Source: Felis catus
Lineage: Eukaryota
DNA: 64,000 nt
NCBI RefSeq assembly: GCF_018350175.1
Contig: NC_058368.1
Coordinates: 95,110,001 to 95,174,000, forward strand
Direction: 5' to 3'
Shown: positions 11,976-23,645 of the stretch, piece by piece
How the letters are laid out: the number at the start of each line of letters is the position of its first letter
Position numbering within the stretch: position 1 is the stretch's first letter
The notes under the pieces: generated by a model
The model's database searches: none
What the model was told of the DNA's origin: nothing
Seen by the model: the letters and a program-made list of their open reading frames with translations, nothing else
Program-made: the position numbers and the translations under genes

Positions 11976-12269
11976 AAGTAACCAGTAGGATCTGGACATT
12001 TTATTTTAGAATATTATGCAGCAGCTAAAAAACAACAGACACTCGGAACATTGACCATTGACCAAGACATATTTTATAAAAAAAAGAATTTGAAGAGGTC
12101 TACGCTCAGGAAGATTTTAAAAACTGCACAGAATAAACCTCATAAAATCGATAGTTTTTTTTTTTTTTTCTTTAAAAGGGAAAAGTCTGGATATATTTCT
12201 GTACCTGAGAATTGATCATAGAGTTCTAACTGGGGGAGAAGCACCTAGGTGGGGAAAGGAAGGGACTCT

Positions 12270-12690
12270 TGTTATGGACTGAATGTGTGTATGCCTCAAA
12301 GTTCTTAATGTTGGAGCCCTGACCCTCCAGGACTGGAGTAAGGAAGTAATTAGATGAAGTCATGAGGGTGGGGTCCCACTGATGAGATTAACACTCTTAT
12401 AGGAGGTGATACCAGAGAGCTCCCACTCTCCTTTCTTTCTCTCTCTCTCGCACTCTCTCTCTCTCTCTCTCTCTCTTTCTTGCTCTCGCACTCTCTCTCT
12501 CTCTCTCACTACCATGTGAGGACACAGTGAGAAGGCAGGCCATCTGCAGGCCAGGAAGAGAGTCCTCACCAGAAACTAACTCTGTGGAAACCTGGTCGTG
12601 CACTTCCGGCCTCCGGAACTGTGAGAAAATAAATGTCTGTTGTTGAAGCACCCAGGTCTGGGGTATTTTGTGATGGCAGCCTGAGCTTTA
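12270..12690 (+). mobile_element. MLT1A-like MaLR solo LTR
   Basis: tgttatggactgaatgtgtg start; ccatgtgaggacacagtgagaagg; gaactgtgagaaaataaatgtctgttg; internal (CT)n. Confidence 0.85.
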
Positions 12691-12778
12691 GGCTTAGCTG
12701 ACGAGTTGGCTATTCTAAATTCATTCTACAGTGAGAATGTATTTACCAATGACCTGTGTGATTACAGCATTGACCTTT

Positions 12779-12950
12779 GGGGGCACCTGGGTGGCTTAGT
12801 TGGTTAAGCGTCCAACTTCAGCTCAGGTCATGACCTCATGGTTTGTGTGTTCGGGCCCCACTTTGGGCTTTGCACTGACAGAATGAAGCCTGCTTCAGAT
12901 CCTCTGTCTCCCTCTCTCTGTGCCCTTACCCCGCTCACACTATCTGTCTT
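12779..12950 (+). mobile_element. CAN-SINE (tail disrupted)
   Basis: ggggcacctgggtggcttagttgg head through the CT tract. Confidence 0.88.
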
Positions 12951-12952
12951 CA

Positions 12953-13158
12953 TATTTTTTTAAGTTTAATTATTTATTTTAGGAGTATGAGAGAAAGCAT
13001 GAGTGGGGGAGAGAGGGAGGGAGAGAGAGAATCCCAAGCAGTCTCCATGTTGTCATTGTGGAACCTGACATGGGACTCCATCTCCTGAACTGTGAGATCA
13101 TGACCTGAGCTGAAATCAAGCATCAGATGCCTAACTGACTGAGCCACCTGGGCACCCT
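12953..13158 (-). mobile_element. CAN-SINE
   Basis: Reverse copy ending gagccacctgggcaccc. Confidence 0.88.
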
Positions 13159-13167
13159 GAAACATTA

Positions 13168-13383
13168 ACTTTTTTTTTTTTTTAACGTTTATTTATTTTT
13201 GAGACAGAGACAGAGCATGAACGGGGGAGGGGCAGAGAGAGAGGGCGACACAGAATCGGAAGCAGGCTCCAGGCTCTGAGCCATCAGCCCAGAGCCCAAC
13301 GCGGGGCTCGAACTCCCGGATCGTGAGATCGTGACCTGAGCTGAAGTCGGACGCTTAACCGACTGAGCCACCCAGGCGCCCCC
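13168..13383 (-). mobile_element. Young feline CAN-SINE with TSD
   Basis: CpG-intact; flanked by (ccc)tgaaacattaactttt on both sides. Confidence 0.93.
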
Positions 13384-13839
13384 TGAAACATTAACTTTTT
13401 AACGTGAGTCTTGTCTTCCCTCTTCCCCTGTAACTGGCCTTCTCCCTGCTGCCTTTATCTTCCCCTGAGCAGTATCAATCCAGGTGGACACTTATGTTCT
13501 GAGCCTCCCAACAAAAGTTTCCAAGAGGCTCTGAGGAGATAGCATGGAATGCCCTTGAGGTTAGATCACTGGAGCAAGACAGTGTGAATTGGTAAGGGCA
13601 TGTGTGGTAAAGGAAAATCGCTTTGTCTTCGCATTAACGGAGAAAACTCAAGTGAAAAAATCACTTTCTGTCTTCTTTTACTGTGTACAGAGCACACTCG
13701 ATGTTTTAAGCATATTACCCTAACAGTGATGACTAACGTTTATTTCTGCCTCAGGTTGAGGCAGGCATTCCCTAAACATTTCATATACAACCTTTGACTT
13801 AATCATAAAAAAACCCTCATAAGGAAACTGAGGTAGTCA

Positions 13840-13874
<35 letters not shown>

Positions 13875-14062
13875 TTATTTATTTGAGAGAGAGACAGAAT
13901 AAGTGAGGGAGGGGCAGAAGGAAGGGGCAGAGAAAGAGGGAGAGAGAGAATCCCAAGCAAGTGCGAAGCCCGATGCGGGGCTCGAACTCATGAACGGCGA
14001 GATCATGACCTGAGCCGAAACCAAGAGTCGGACGCTTAACCGACTGAGCCACCCGGGTGCCC
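13840..14062 (-). mobile_element. CAN-SINE with (TATC)n tail
   Basis: Reverse copy; the tail has expanded into atct repeats. Confidence 0.9.
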
Positions 14063-14199
14063 CAAGATAGTGATTCTTAAATCGTAGAATTTGCTCACTA
14101 GATTTTAGTTCTTCTAAAACAAAGTTGTACCGAGATTGCCAAGAAATTGAAAAGAGGAAACAGCTTTCTTATTACTCCTCCATTGTAAACACAAACATG

Positions 14200-14322
14200 A
14201 CTTCCATTTTTAGGTGCCCCTTCCTAGGCTTCATCTCTGTATGCTTATCGTCATATGTACGTAACTTTGTCCGCACCTTGTTTCACTTAGCACCCTGGTT
14301 ATATAGACTCTTTGAGGTGGTT

Positions 14323-14386
<64 letters not shown>

Positions 14387-14850
14387 ATTTTAAGGTTGTA
14401 TTTATTTAAGTAATCTTTCCACTGGACATAGCGATTAAACTCACGACACTGAGATCAAGAGTCACGCTGCTCCAGCTGAGCCAGCCAGGTGTCCCCACAG
14501 TTGTCATTACAATGGCCACTCAGTTCATTCTGTTGCCGTGTTGTGATTCACCTACCTCTTCCTCTGTGGTTGATGTCTGTCCATTTCCAATTTGTTATAG
14601 TAGACAATGTTGAATAAACATTCTCATGCATGTGAAGTTCTAGGTTTAAGTTAGTTCTCTAGGGTAAGTTCTCAGGGGTATTCGTAAGGGTCCACATGAC
14701 ACAGCAGTTTGTATTCCTCTTGGTCAAAATTGCCCAATAGCTTTCCAAAGACTTGTGCCAATTGATGGAGTCCTAGATACGCGCAAATACAAATACACCA
14801 GTTTTACTGCAGCTTCATGGGTATTGGTGAGTATCATTTCGGGGTTTTTG
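14200..14850 (-). mobile_element. Ancient L1M fossil
   Basis: tttcacttagca, ttccaatttg...aaacattctc and aaattgcccaatagctttccaaag motifs of antisense L1 3' region. Confidence 0.55.
14320..14496 (-). mobile_element. Short SINEC_c-type SINE with (TTTC)n tail
   Basis: taagtaatct...gagatcaagagtcacg...tgagccagccaggtg; (tttc)n at 14320-14385. Confidence 0.8.
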
Positions 14851-14949
14851 CTAATGTAAAAACCTTAGCGGGGTGGTTCCTCAGTTCTTCTAAGACTACT
14901 CAGTCAGCTGATTGATAGCTACACACACGCACATGCACATGCACACACA

Positions 14950-15635
14950 GAAGAAGGGAGTCAACAAAAGACCAGCAGAGCCAGGAGGAAAGAGTGATCA
15001 TAAGTCCTGGTGATAGTGTTTGAGTCTGTAGATCCAGCTGGACTTGATGCCAGTTACCCTTGGATTCAGGGCTGCTATATACAGTTGAACAGTTTGTGAA
15101 CTGTGGAGGGTTCCCAGCCAAAGGGGCAAGTGGGGTTGAAATCCATTTGGTCCACTGGGGAGCAGGGCTGCATCTACCTAGAGGAAGGGACTTGTTCTGT
15201 TGTGTTGTGTTTCACACAAAGGCTTCCATTACTTGCCAAGCCACATGCTTACTCAGGAGTCCCTTTTCCCATTTCTCAGAAGGGGCTTTGTGGGCTGCCG
15301 ATAGCTTTGCAGTTGTACGAACCAATCAATTTCGTCCCCCTCGCCCTGTTTTTAAGTTTATTTATTTTTTTTAGAAAGAGAGAGATTGAGAATGAGAGAA
15401 AACCAGCAGGGGAGGGGCAGAGAGAGAGGAGGACAGAGGATCTGAAGCGGGCCCTGCACTGACAGCAGAGAGCCTGATGCACGGCTTGAACTCCCTGAAC
15501 CATGAGATCATGACCTGAGCCAAAGTCAGACGCTCAGCTGACTGAGCCACCCAGGCGCCTCTCATCCCCCCTTTTATTTCAGTCATTTTGAGGTCTGCTT
15601 CTGTCACTCGGAACAAAACTAATCCCTGTTAATAC
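14950..15635 (+). mobile_element. Old MaLR LTR (MLT1K/L-like) 3' part
   Basis: agtcctggtgatagtgtttgagtctgtagatccagctg...ttctgtcactcggaac...taataca end. Confidence 0.5.
15349..15560 (-). mobile_element. CAN-SINE
   Basis: Reverse copy ending gagccacccaggcgcc. Confidence 0.9.
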
Positions 15636-16066
15636 ATCAGATCAAGAGACTTTAAAATCAGGATAGACCTTAAAAATTCCCGAGTGCTTATGGATACTTT
15701 GCAGGTGGAATGACGTGGGGGGTTAGTAAATTGCCCAGGGTGGTTCTGTATGTTAGGGGCAGGCCAGTGGTAAAAGGGTTCCCAAGTTAGCATTCTTTGC
15801 AATGTAATGTGTACTGCCCCACTTTACCACCTGTGATGGCATTTTACAAGCTTGGGTTTGAGAGTCTAACCCTGTAGAGACGTCTTTTCCCCTCTGGGCT
15901 ACCCTGTTTACATTTACACGTCGATATTGGCCTCTTGGACCTGGCTTTGTGACCCAACTCTTTACACTTCTCCATGGCATGAAGATCTGAAAAACAAAAC
16001 AGAGAATGTGGTTGGATAAATTAATTACTGTGTATAAGCAGTCAACTCAGAAAGTGCCAAAACACA

Positions 16067-16192
16067 GGTGCCTGAGTGGCTCAGTCAGTTGAGCATCTGA
16101 CTCTTGATTTTGGCTCAGGTCATGATCTCAGGGTCGTGGGATCGAGCCCCCTGTTGGGCTTCACTCATGCTGAGCATGGAGTCTGCTTAAGA

Positions 16193-16223
<31 letters not shown>

Positions 16224-16290
16224 CCCCTCTGCCTCTCTTCCCTGCTCACACATGTGTTCTCTCTATAAAAGAAAAAAGAAAAAAACACTA
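16067..16290 (+). mobile_element. CAN-SINE
   Basis: ggtgcctgagtggctcagtcag head, CT tract, A tail. Confidence 0.9.
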
Positions 16291-17299
16291 TGAATACTAT
16301 GACCAGGGCAATTAACATCTGTGCTCTTTAGTCTAAGATTTAAAGAAGTAAATATATTTAGATAGATTTGGTCCTGTCGTTTAGCTGTTATTAAATACTA
16401 TGTAATTTGTGTGTAGCCTGAGTAGAGATTCATTAAATTGGTCCACTCAGACTCATAGGTAAGATCTTGGAGGGAGAGTGACCTGGCCTGTGCCCAGGTA
16501 GATGCTGGAAGGCAGCAGTCTGTCTTCTGATCTCGACCCATTTGGTCGGTCATTTCCCCCTCCTTATTTTGACATTCCTGAATTTAATGTATCCTGGAGT
16601 ATCTGTCTTCTGCTCTGTAGGCCTCCTGAAGCTGGAAAAAAGGAGGGAGATTTCAGCTTTTTGATAAACGCAGAAAAAGGCTGCACGGTCTCTCTGGGTT
16701 TCTGTCAAAGCCTGTTACGGGCTCTTCTCAGACAGAGTAATTTTCTTCCACCAGACAGCCTTCGTCCAACCCAGATTTGCCCTGTGACAATAGAAAATCA
16801 GATTCTGTGCCAAATTCTATAGATATCTTCTTGTTTTGAGGCCTAGTTTCTTTGACAATGACCTTTGAACAAATTACTTTTTAAGAAGTTAGGCCTCTTA
16901 GCTTCTGCTCGTTGTGGATGGAATCCAGCGGAACAGAGCTGTCACACTGGCTCCTGCTCTTACCTTATTTTGTCAGTGAAGTAGCTTTCAGAGAAAGGCG
17001 TGGAACGGGTGCTGTCGAAGGGGAGCCCTCTTCTCTCACCAGGAGCCTGCCCCTGCCCCGGCGTCTCAGGAGCACTCCACTCTCCACCCTCTCTGGGCAC
17101 CATGTTCCAATCACGCCGTCTTCATCCAGAATTTTCTTCCAGATTCTGCCCTGCCTTTGCTCCCTCTTCGTTGCCCCCAGCATCCACTAAAGATTTGTCT
17201 GCACACGGCATCTCTGCTGCTTAACTTCCGCTTACTGTTTATACCCTTCTCTGTAGGTGTCTTCCCTCACAGTAAACCTCTGAGCTTCCCTCACAGTAA

Positions 17300-18350
17300 A
17301 CCTCTGAGCAGTTAGTACGCTTTCCTGCTGGCTTTTTCTTTTCCATCCAGTTTCCGAATATTGGGATTCATTTGGGCTCTGTCATGCCTCCTCCACCCCC
17401 ACTTTTTTTTTTTTTTTGCCATTGTCTACATTCCTATGCATGGATTTTTCTTTTTAATTTAAGTTTATTTATTTTGAGAGAGTGAATGAGCAGGGGAGGG
17501 GCAGAGAGAAACGGAGTGAGAGGGAATCACAGGCAGGCTCCACGCTGCCGGCGTGGAGCCTGATGTGGGGCTTGAACCCACTAACCCCAAGATCACGAGC
17601 TGAGCCGAAACCAAGAGTGGGACACCTAACTGACTGAGCCACTCCGGTGCCCCCCCCCGCCCCCGCCCTTGCATGATTTTAAAGACCATCCCTCCATGAT
17701 GATTCTCGAATGCATCTTTAGTTGACAGCTGTTCTCTGAGCATCATATTCATAGACTCACCTGCCTGCTGGCTACCGTGTAGAGGCTGCCTAAGCATCAT
17801 TACCCAAAGAGGATTTGACTTTTCTCCCCAAACTCAACCCACCCTCCATCATCTCCCTCTCAGCTTTCAGACCAGAATTCCAGGGATGATTCCTGTTTCC
17901 TCCTCACCCCTCACAGTTAGTCTAGTAGCACATCTTGCCCATTCTTTCTCCAGCGTATGAGACATCACCCTCTTCTTTCTCTTCTGTTCCACTGCCACCA
18001 GCTCCACTAAAGGCACTATCCATTCTCAACCGTTTCATTGCAACAGATTTCTCACTGGTTCCCCTGAACCCTGTCTTGTTCCCCTCTCCTCCACTATCCC
18101 AATAGCATCTAGAATAAAGATATCATATCATGTGATAGCATTCTGTTGCAGAAAACCATGTAATCACTTGCCATAGACCTTAAATCCTTACCATGATCTT
18201 CAGGACTTGGCCAATCCTCTGGAGTATAAGCCTCAGGAGGGCAGGGATCTCTTCTGTCTCATTCTCTACTTTATCCCCAGTCCTTAACATATGTAGTACA
18301 TAGAAGGCGTTCAATAAATATTTATGGAAAACATGAATGACAAACACTTG
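17300..18350 (+). mobile_element. L2 LINE fossil (interrupted)
   Basis: tctgagcatcatattc, ttccactgccacc, tgcaacagatttctcactgg, agtacatagaaggcgttcaataaatattt. Confidence 0.7.
17445..17655 (-). mobile_element. CAN-SINE
   Basis: Reverse copy; probable TSD tgcatg(g)attt. Confidence 0.9.
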
Positions 18351-18479
18351 CTGTGCGTGGTTACTTGTTTTAATGTGTATTTTTCCCAATGAGATGTAAG
18401 CTCTGTAGAAATAGGAGCCATGAAGTTTCTCATTTGACCCTTTACACCTCATAGCTAGAAAAAGGGCCCATCGTTAATA

Positions 18480-18740
18480 TACAAGAATTAAAAATAGTGG
18501 ACTGGCCCTATCCATGGCCCTATGGCTGTATCTCAAAACATACTGCTGAGTGAAAGCAGTACGAAAGGAAATTGGATGTATATAACACAAACTATTCTTA
18601 AAAAATTTAAAATATATGCATGTAGAACAGTTTTCCAAGAGTATAAACAAAAAGGAATACATTAACATATTAGAACGGCTGCTTCTAGAAGGGAGGGACG
18701 GGCATGGGAAATAGGATGAAACAGAAAAATAAAGCGAGTG
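18480..18740 (+). mobile_element. Ancient L1M 3'UTR fossil
   Basis: tctcaaaacatactgctgagtgaaa...attaacatattagaacggctgcttct. Confidence 0.5.
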
Positions 18741-18857
18741 AGGACAAATGTTTCTTAAATGTGCAATGAATGCAGGTGATATGAAATTCCACAGTGAGTA
18801 ACCGTGAATAAGGAACAGCAAGACAGAAGGGATGGAGATTATGCAGCTCCGTTTGTT

Positions 18858-19013
18858 GGCGTGCCTGGGTGGCTCAGTCGGATGAGCATCGACTCTGATC
18901 TCACGGTTCCTGAGTTTGAGCCCCGAATCGGGCTGCTTGGGATTCTCTCTCTCTGTCCCACCCCCACTTGCGCTCTCCCTCTGTCTCTCAAAATAAATAA
19001 AAATGTAAAAAAA
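18858..19013 (+). mobile_element. Internally deleted CAN-SINE
   Basis: Head and tail present, two internal segments missing; cgtttgt on both flanks. Confidence 0.85.
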
Positions 19014-20235
19014 TGCGTTTGTCAGTTGGCAATTCCCTCCAAGGTTTGGGGAATAACGGTGGCAAATACTGCCAGGCAGTTACGGTCTGGTACTTCATAA
19101 AAGACGAAATTCCTTAGCACAGACAAAATAGAAAAATTCTGAGTCTCCGTAGCCTAGGACGTTCCAAATACCAGTGCAAAATTGTTCTCTCAGTCTTAAA
19201 GGGAAAAAGTCCATGAGGGGAACATTCTGTGTTCTTTCTCCACTAGTTCAGAATGGTCCAGGTGCGGTATCCTCAGAAAAGTGGCTTCCAGATCGGATTT
19301 TGCTGATTTCCAGGAAAGCTCCGTGCATGCCACCTAATTCTTCAGACAAAATTTGTTTTCATTGACTTTAATTAGGACAAATAAATATACATTATGCAGC
19401 ACTTGAAAGAGAAAAAACGGATCATCACATCAAATTAATGAGGCTAGCCATGATAAGTGGGGCACTATTATGTTACGATCAAAACCTTAGGCTCTATACG
19501 ATGTCATAGTAAGGTTTCAGGCCAGTTAACAATTTTCCAAGGTCATCATATGATATATTAGTGGCTCAGCCTGAGCTCGGAGAGCCTGCACTTGTCTGTT
19601 AGAGAATCAAGGTCCCTACAGCACTGGTCGGGGAGAACAGAATTTAAAATCTAAGCAGACATTAATGTAGAAAGAAGAGGCAAACAGGCAAAATTGTAGT
19701 AAATCTCATTATAATTAAATTTAAGAATTTTATCCAAGAAGACCAACCTCGCTATCACACACAGACACACACTCACACTTTGTGGCATAAATTAGACAAA
19801 TATAATTCTAAAGACATTTTACAACTGCAGCTTTTCTTACGAGCTCCAGTCTTGGGTGACTGCGGCTTTGTTGTGTGACTGATTACGAAATATTTGCAAA
19901 TTTGGGGGATTTGATTTCCATACTTCACCAGCGAGTCTCACATATCAGTTTCATTGCAATCATAAATTTGCCCTTTAGCATCGGGATTACCACATGGTAG
20001 GTTTCTCGATCATCTTAATCCCACCGTCTGCCCACCGTCCGGATAGAAGAAGGAGCAGATATTAACAGGGCATCAGATTCCATTTATAAAATATGACCAA
20101 CATATTTTGTAGCGACAAATATAACCAGCGTGTTTTTACATAGTTGCGGTAACTAGTTGGTTGCAACTAATCCTAACTCCTTATTTGTTGAGTGCTCACT
20201 TGGCGCTGGGTTGGGTTAGTCAGGCTGGTCTGTAC

Positions 20236-20395
20236 CAGTGGTTCTCAGACTTGCCAGTATACTGGAATCCCCCTTGGGGGGGCTCCTAAAAACTCAGATT
20301 CCTGGGCTCCTTAAAACACAGATTTTCTGTGTTGCCACGTCAGTGGTGGGGCCTCAGAACTTTCATTTCCAGCCAGTTCCCAGGTGTTGCTGGAA
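20236..20395. mobile_element. MER5A-like hAT MITE
   Basis: cagtggttctcagactt terminal repeat; ggggcctcagaactttcattt...ttcccaggtg. Confidence 0.7.
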
Positions 20396-20609
20396 TAGAA
20401 AAACTCTAAAATCTCAGTAGCGTAACACAGCAAAAGGTCTGCCTCTTGCGTCCGCAAAGCTCCGTGTGATCTCTGGCAGCCCTCTTCGATCTTATAGTTA
20501 GACCATCTGTATGCACAGCCTTTAAGGATGTAAGAGGCACTGAACCTTCTCCACTCCCCTGGGGCATGGGTCCCTTGGCTCCCCGTCCACTGACTGGAAG
20601 TGAAATCCG

Positions 20610-20815
20610 GGAGCGCTATTTCTGCCACACAGACACTTAACACTCAGCATCCTTACTCTGCACCACAAAGCTGAAAGGCAGGTGTGCGCCCTGGATTCAG
20701 AGAGAAGGAAATTGAGTCTCTGAGAGACTAACCACCTTCCGAGGCCACTGCTAGGCAAGGGGTGGAGCCAGGATTTAAATCCGTGGCCATGTAACTGCAG
20801 AGCTAGTACACTGTC
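20610..20815 (-). mobile_element. MIR fossil
   Basis: aggaaattgagtctctgagag...ggtggagccaggatttaaatcc. Confidence 0.65.
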
Positions 20816-21213
20816 CTCTTCGGAATGCCGCTCTGAACGTGCTGAAGTGGCTAATTCAGCTCAAGGCTTGGCACGGAATAGACTGCCCAAGAGGTTTATC
20901 CAACATCAATAGCATGGACCCACAATTGCAGGCTTGTGGCAGACTCCTTCCACAATCCCTATCTATATATAGAGTGCCTCCAAGTAGAATGAAACAGCTT
21001 ATGTATTTTTCACAGTGGCTTATGCCCCTGCAGTGGCTAGGTATTTTGAGAAAGAGGATCCTAAAAAAAAAAAAAAAGATATTTAGAGGAGAAACCTCTA
21101 GAAGATGGCAGAGGAAAGGTCATCATGTCATTACAGATTCTTGCTCAGTTGGGATCACTGAGCAGTCTGCCCAGCTCATGATCTGGTCTGTCGTTTTAAG
21201 AAATGCATCTCTT

Positions 21214-23101
21214 ATGCATAGAAATCAGTTGCATTTCTATACACCAATAATGAAGCAACAGAAAGAGAAATCAAGGAATCGATCCCATTTGCAATTGCAC
21301 CAAAAACCATGAAATACCTGGGAATGGACCTAACCAAAGAGGTGAAAAATCTATATGCTGAAAACTATAGAAAGCTTATGAAAGAAATTGAAGAAGACAC
21401 ACAAAGGAGGGAAAAATATTCTATACTCCTGGATGGGAAGAACAAATATTGTTAAAATGGCAACACTACCCAAAACAATCTATGTATTCAATGCAATCTC
21501 TATCAAAGTAACACCAGCATTCTTCACAGAAGTAAAACAAACAGTCCTAAAATTTGTATGGAACCAGAAAAGACCCTGAGTGGCCAAGCAATCCTGAAAA
21601 AGAAAACCAAAGCTGGAGGCATCACAATCCTGGACTTCAAGCTATACTACAAAGCTGTAATCATCAAGACAGTATGGTACTGGCACAAGAACAGGCACTC
21701 AGATCAATGGAACAGAATAGAGAACCCAGAGATGGACCCACAAATGGATGGCCAACTAATCTTTGGCAAAGCAGGAAAGAATATCCAATGGAATAAAGAC
21801 AGTCTCTTCAGCAAATGGTGTGGGGAAAACTGGACAGTGACATGCAGAAAAGTGAACCTCAACCACTTTCCTACATTATACACAAAGCATAAACTCAAAA
21901 TGGATGAAAGACCTGAACCTAAGCTAGGAAGCCATCAAAATCCTTGAGGAGAAAGGCAAAAACCTCTTTGATGTTAGTCGCAGCAACTTCTTACTCAGCA
22001 CATCTCCGGAGGCAAGGAAAACAAAAGCAAAAATGAGCTATTGGGATCTTCATCAAGATAAAAATCTTCTGTGCAGTGAAGGAAACTATCAGCAGAACTA
22101 AAAGGCAACCAACATAATGGGAGAAGACACTTGCAAATGATATATCAGACAAAGGGTTAGTATCCAAAATCTATAAAGAACTTATCAAACTCAACACACC
22201 AAAAACGAATAATCCAGTGAAGAAATGGGCAAAAGACACGAGTAGACACGTCTCCAGAGAAGACATCCAGATGGCCAACAGACACATGAAAAAATCCTCA
22301 AAATCAATCATCATCAAGAAAATACAAATTAAAACCACAATGAGATACCACCTCACATCAGTCAGAATGGCTTACCGTTAACTCAGGCAACAACAGATGT
22401 TGGCGAGGATGCGGAGAAAGAGGATCTCTTTTGCATTGTTGGTGGGAATACAAGCTGGTGCAGCCACTCTGGAAAACAGTATGGAGGGTCCTCAAAAAAT
22501 TAAACACAGAACTACCCTACGACCCAGCAATTGCACTAGGTATTTATCCAAGGGATACAGGTATGCTGTTTTGAAGGGGCACATGCACTCCCATGTTTAT
22601 AGCAGTGCTATTGACAATAGCCAAAGTATGGAAAGAGCCCAAATGTCCATTGATGGGTGAATGGATAAAGAAGATGTGGTATACATATACAATGGAGTAT
22701 TACTTGGCAATCAAAAAGAATGAAATCTTGACATTTGCAACTATGTGGATGGAACTGGAGGACATTATGCTAAGTGAAATTAGTCAGAGAAAGACAAATA
22801 CCATATGATTTCACTCATATGAGGACTTTAAGACACAGAACTGATGAACATAAGGGAAGGGAAGCAAAAATAATATAAAAACAGGGAGGGGGACAAAACA
22901 TAAGAGGCTCTTAAATACAGAGAACAAACTGAGGGTTGCTGGAGGGGCTGTGGGTAAGGGGATGGGCTAAATGGGTAAGGGACATGAGCACTGGGTGTTA
23001 TATGTAGGGGATGAATCATTGGAATCTACCTCTGAAATCATTATTGTGGTATATGTTAACCAACTTGAATGTGAATTATAAATAAATAGATAGGTAGATA
23101 A
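21214..23101 (+). mobile_element. 5'-truncated carnivore/feline L1 (ORF2 C-terminus and 3'UTR, frameshifted)
   Basis: ORF fragments match L1 ORF2p ([50 protein letters not shown]); A-rich tail; TSD aagaaatgcatctctt (21198-21213) / aagaaatccacctctt (23102-23117). Confidence 0.95.
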
Positions 23102-23164
23102 AAGAAATCCACCTCTTTCCTCCCTCTATCCTCAGTGTACCTTCCCATAAACAACACATTTTTG

Positions 23165-23402
23165 ATGTTTTATTTTTTTTTTAATTTAAAAAAAAAATTT
23201 TAACGTTTATTTATTTTTGAGACAGAGAGAGACAGAGCATGAATGGGGGAGGGTCAGAGAGAGGGAGACACAGAATCTGAAACAGGCTCCGGGCTCCGAG
23301 CTGTCAGCACAGAGCCCGACGCGGGGCTTGAACTCACTGACTGTGAGATCATGACCTGAGCCGAAGTCGGCCGCTTAACCGACTGAGCCACCCAGGCGCC
23401 CC
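23165..23402 (-). mobile_element. Feline CAN-SINE with TSD
   Basis: TSD cacatttttgatgtttt. Confidence 0.93.
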
Positions 23403-23435
23403 ACATTTTTGATGTTTTAAATACAGATCTTAGGT

Positions 23436-23645
23436 GGGCCACCTGGGTGGCTCAGTTGGTTAAGTGTCCAACTCTTGATTTCCGCTCAGGTCGTGATCTC
23501 ACAGTTTGTGGGATTGTGCCCTATGTCGGGATCTGTGCTGATCTTGGAGCCTGCTTGGGATTCTCTTTCTCCATCTCTTTCTGCCCCTTCCCAGTTCACA
23601 TTCTCTCTCCCTCTCTCTCATAATTAATAAATAAACTTAAAAAAA
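23436..23645 (+). mobile_element. CAN-SINE with TSD
   Basis: TSD aaatacagatcttaggtg / aaatacaaatcttgggtg. Confidence 0.92.

Larger units (their letters stand above)
10780..12265 (+). mobile_element. Ancient L1M (L1ME-like) ORF2 end and 3'UTR fossil
   Basis: gggacaactgactatccattt, aataaattccagatggactaaagatctaaa, aaaatatttgcaac and gagaaacattc L1 motifs; interrupted by two SINEs. Confidence 0.75.

Noticed and set aside
13189..13371. Recurrent 'MAQSVKRPTSAQV..' ORF family across the window
   Set aside because: Conceptual translation of CAN-SINEs, not a gene family. The dispersed copies are also not a CRISPR-like array, since there is no regular repeat-spacer period.
21388..22808. Functional reverse transcriptase / ORF2
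   Set aside because: 5'-truncated; only C-terminal fragments remain, split by stops and frameshifts.
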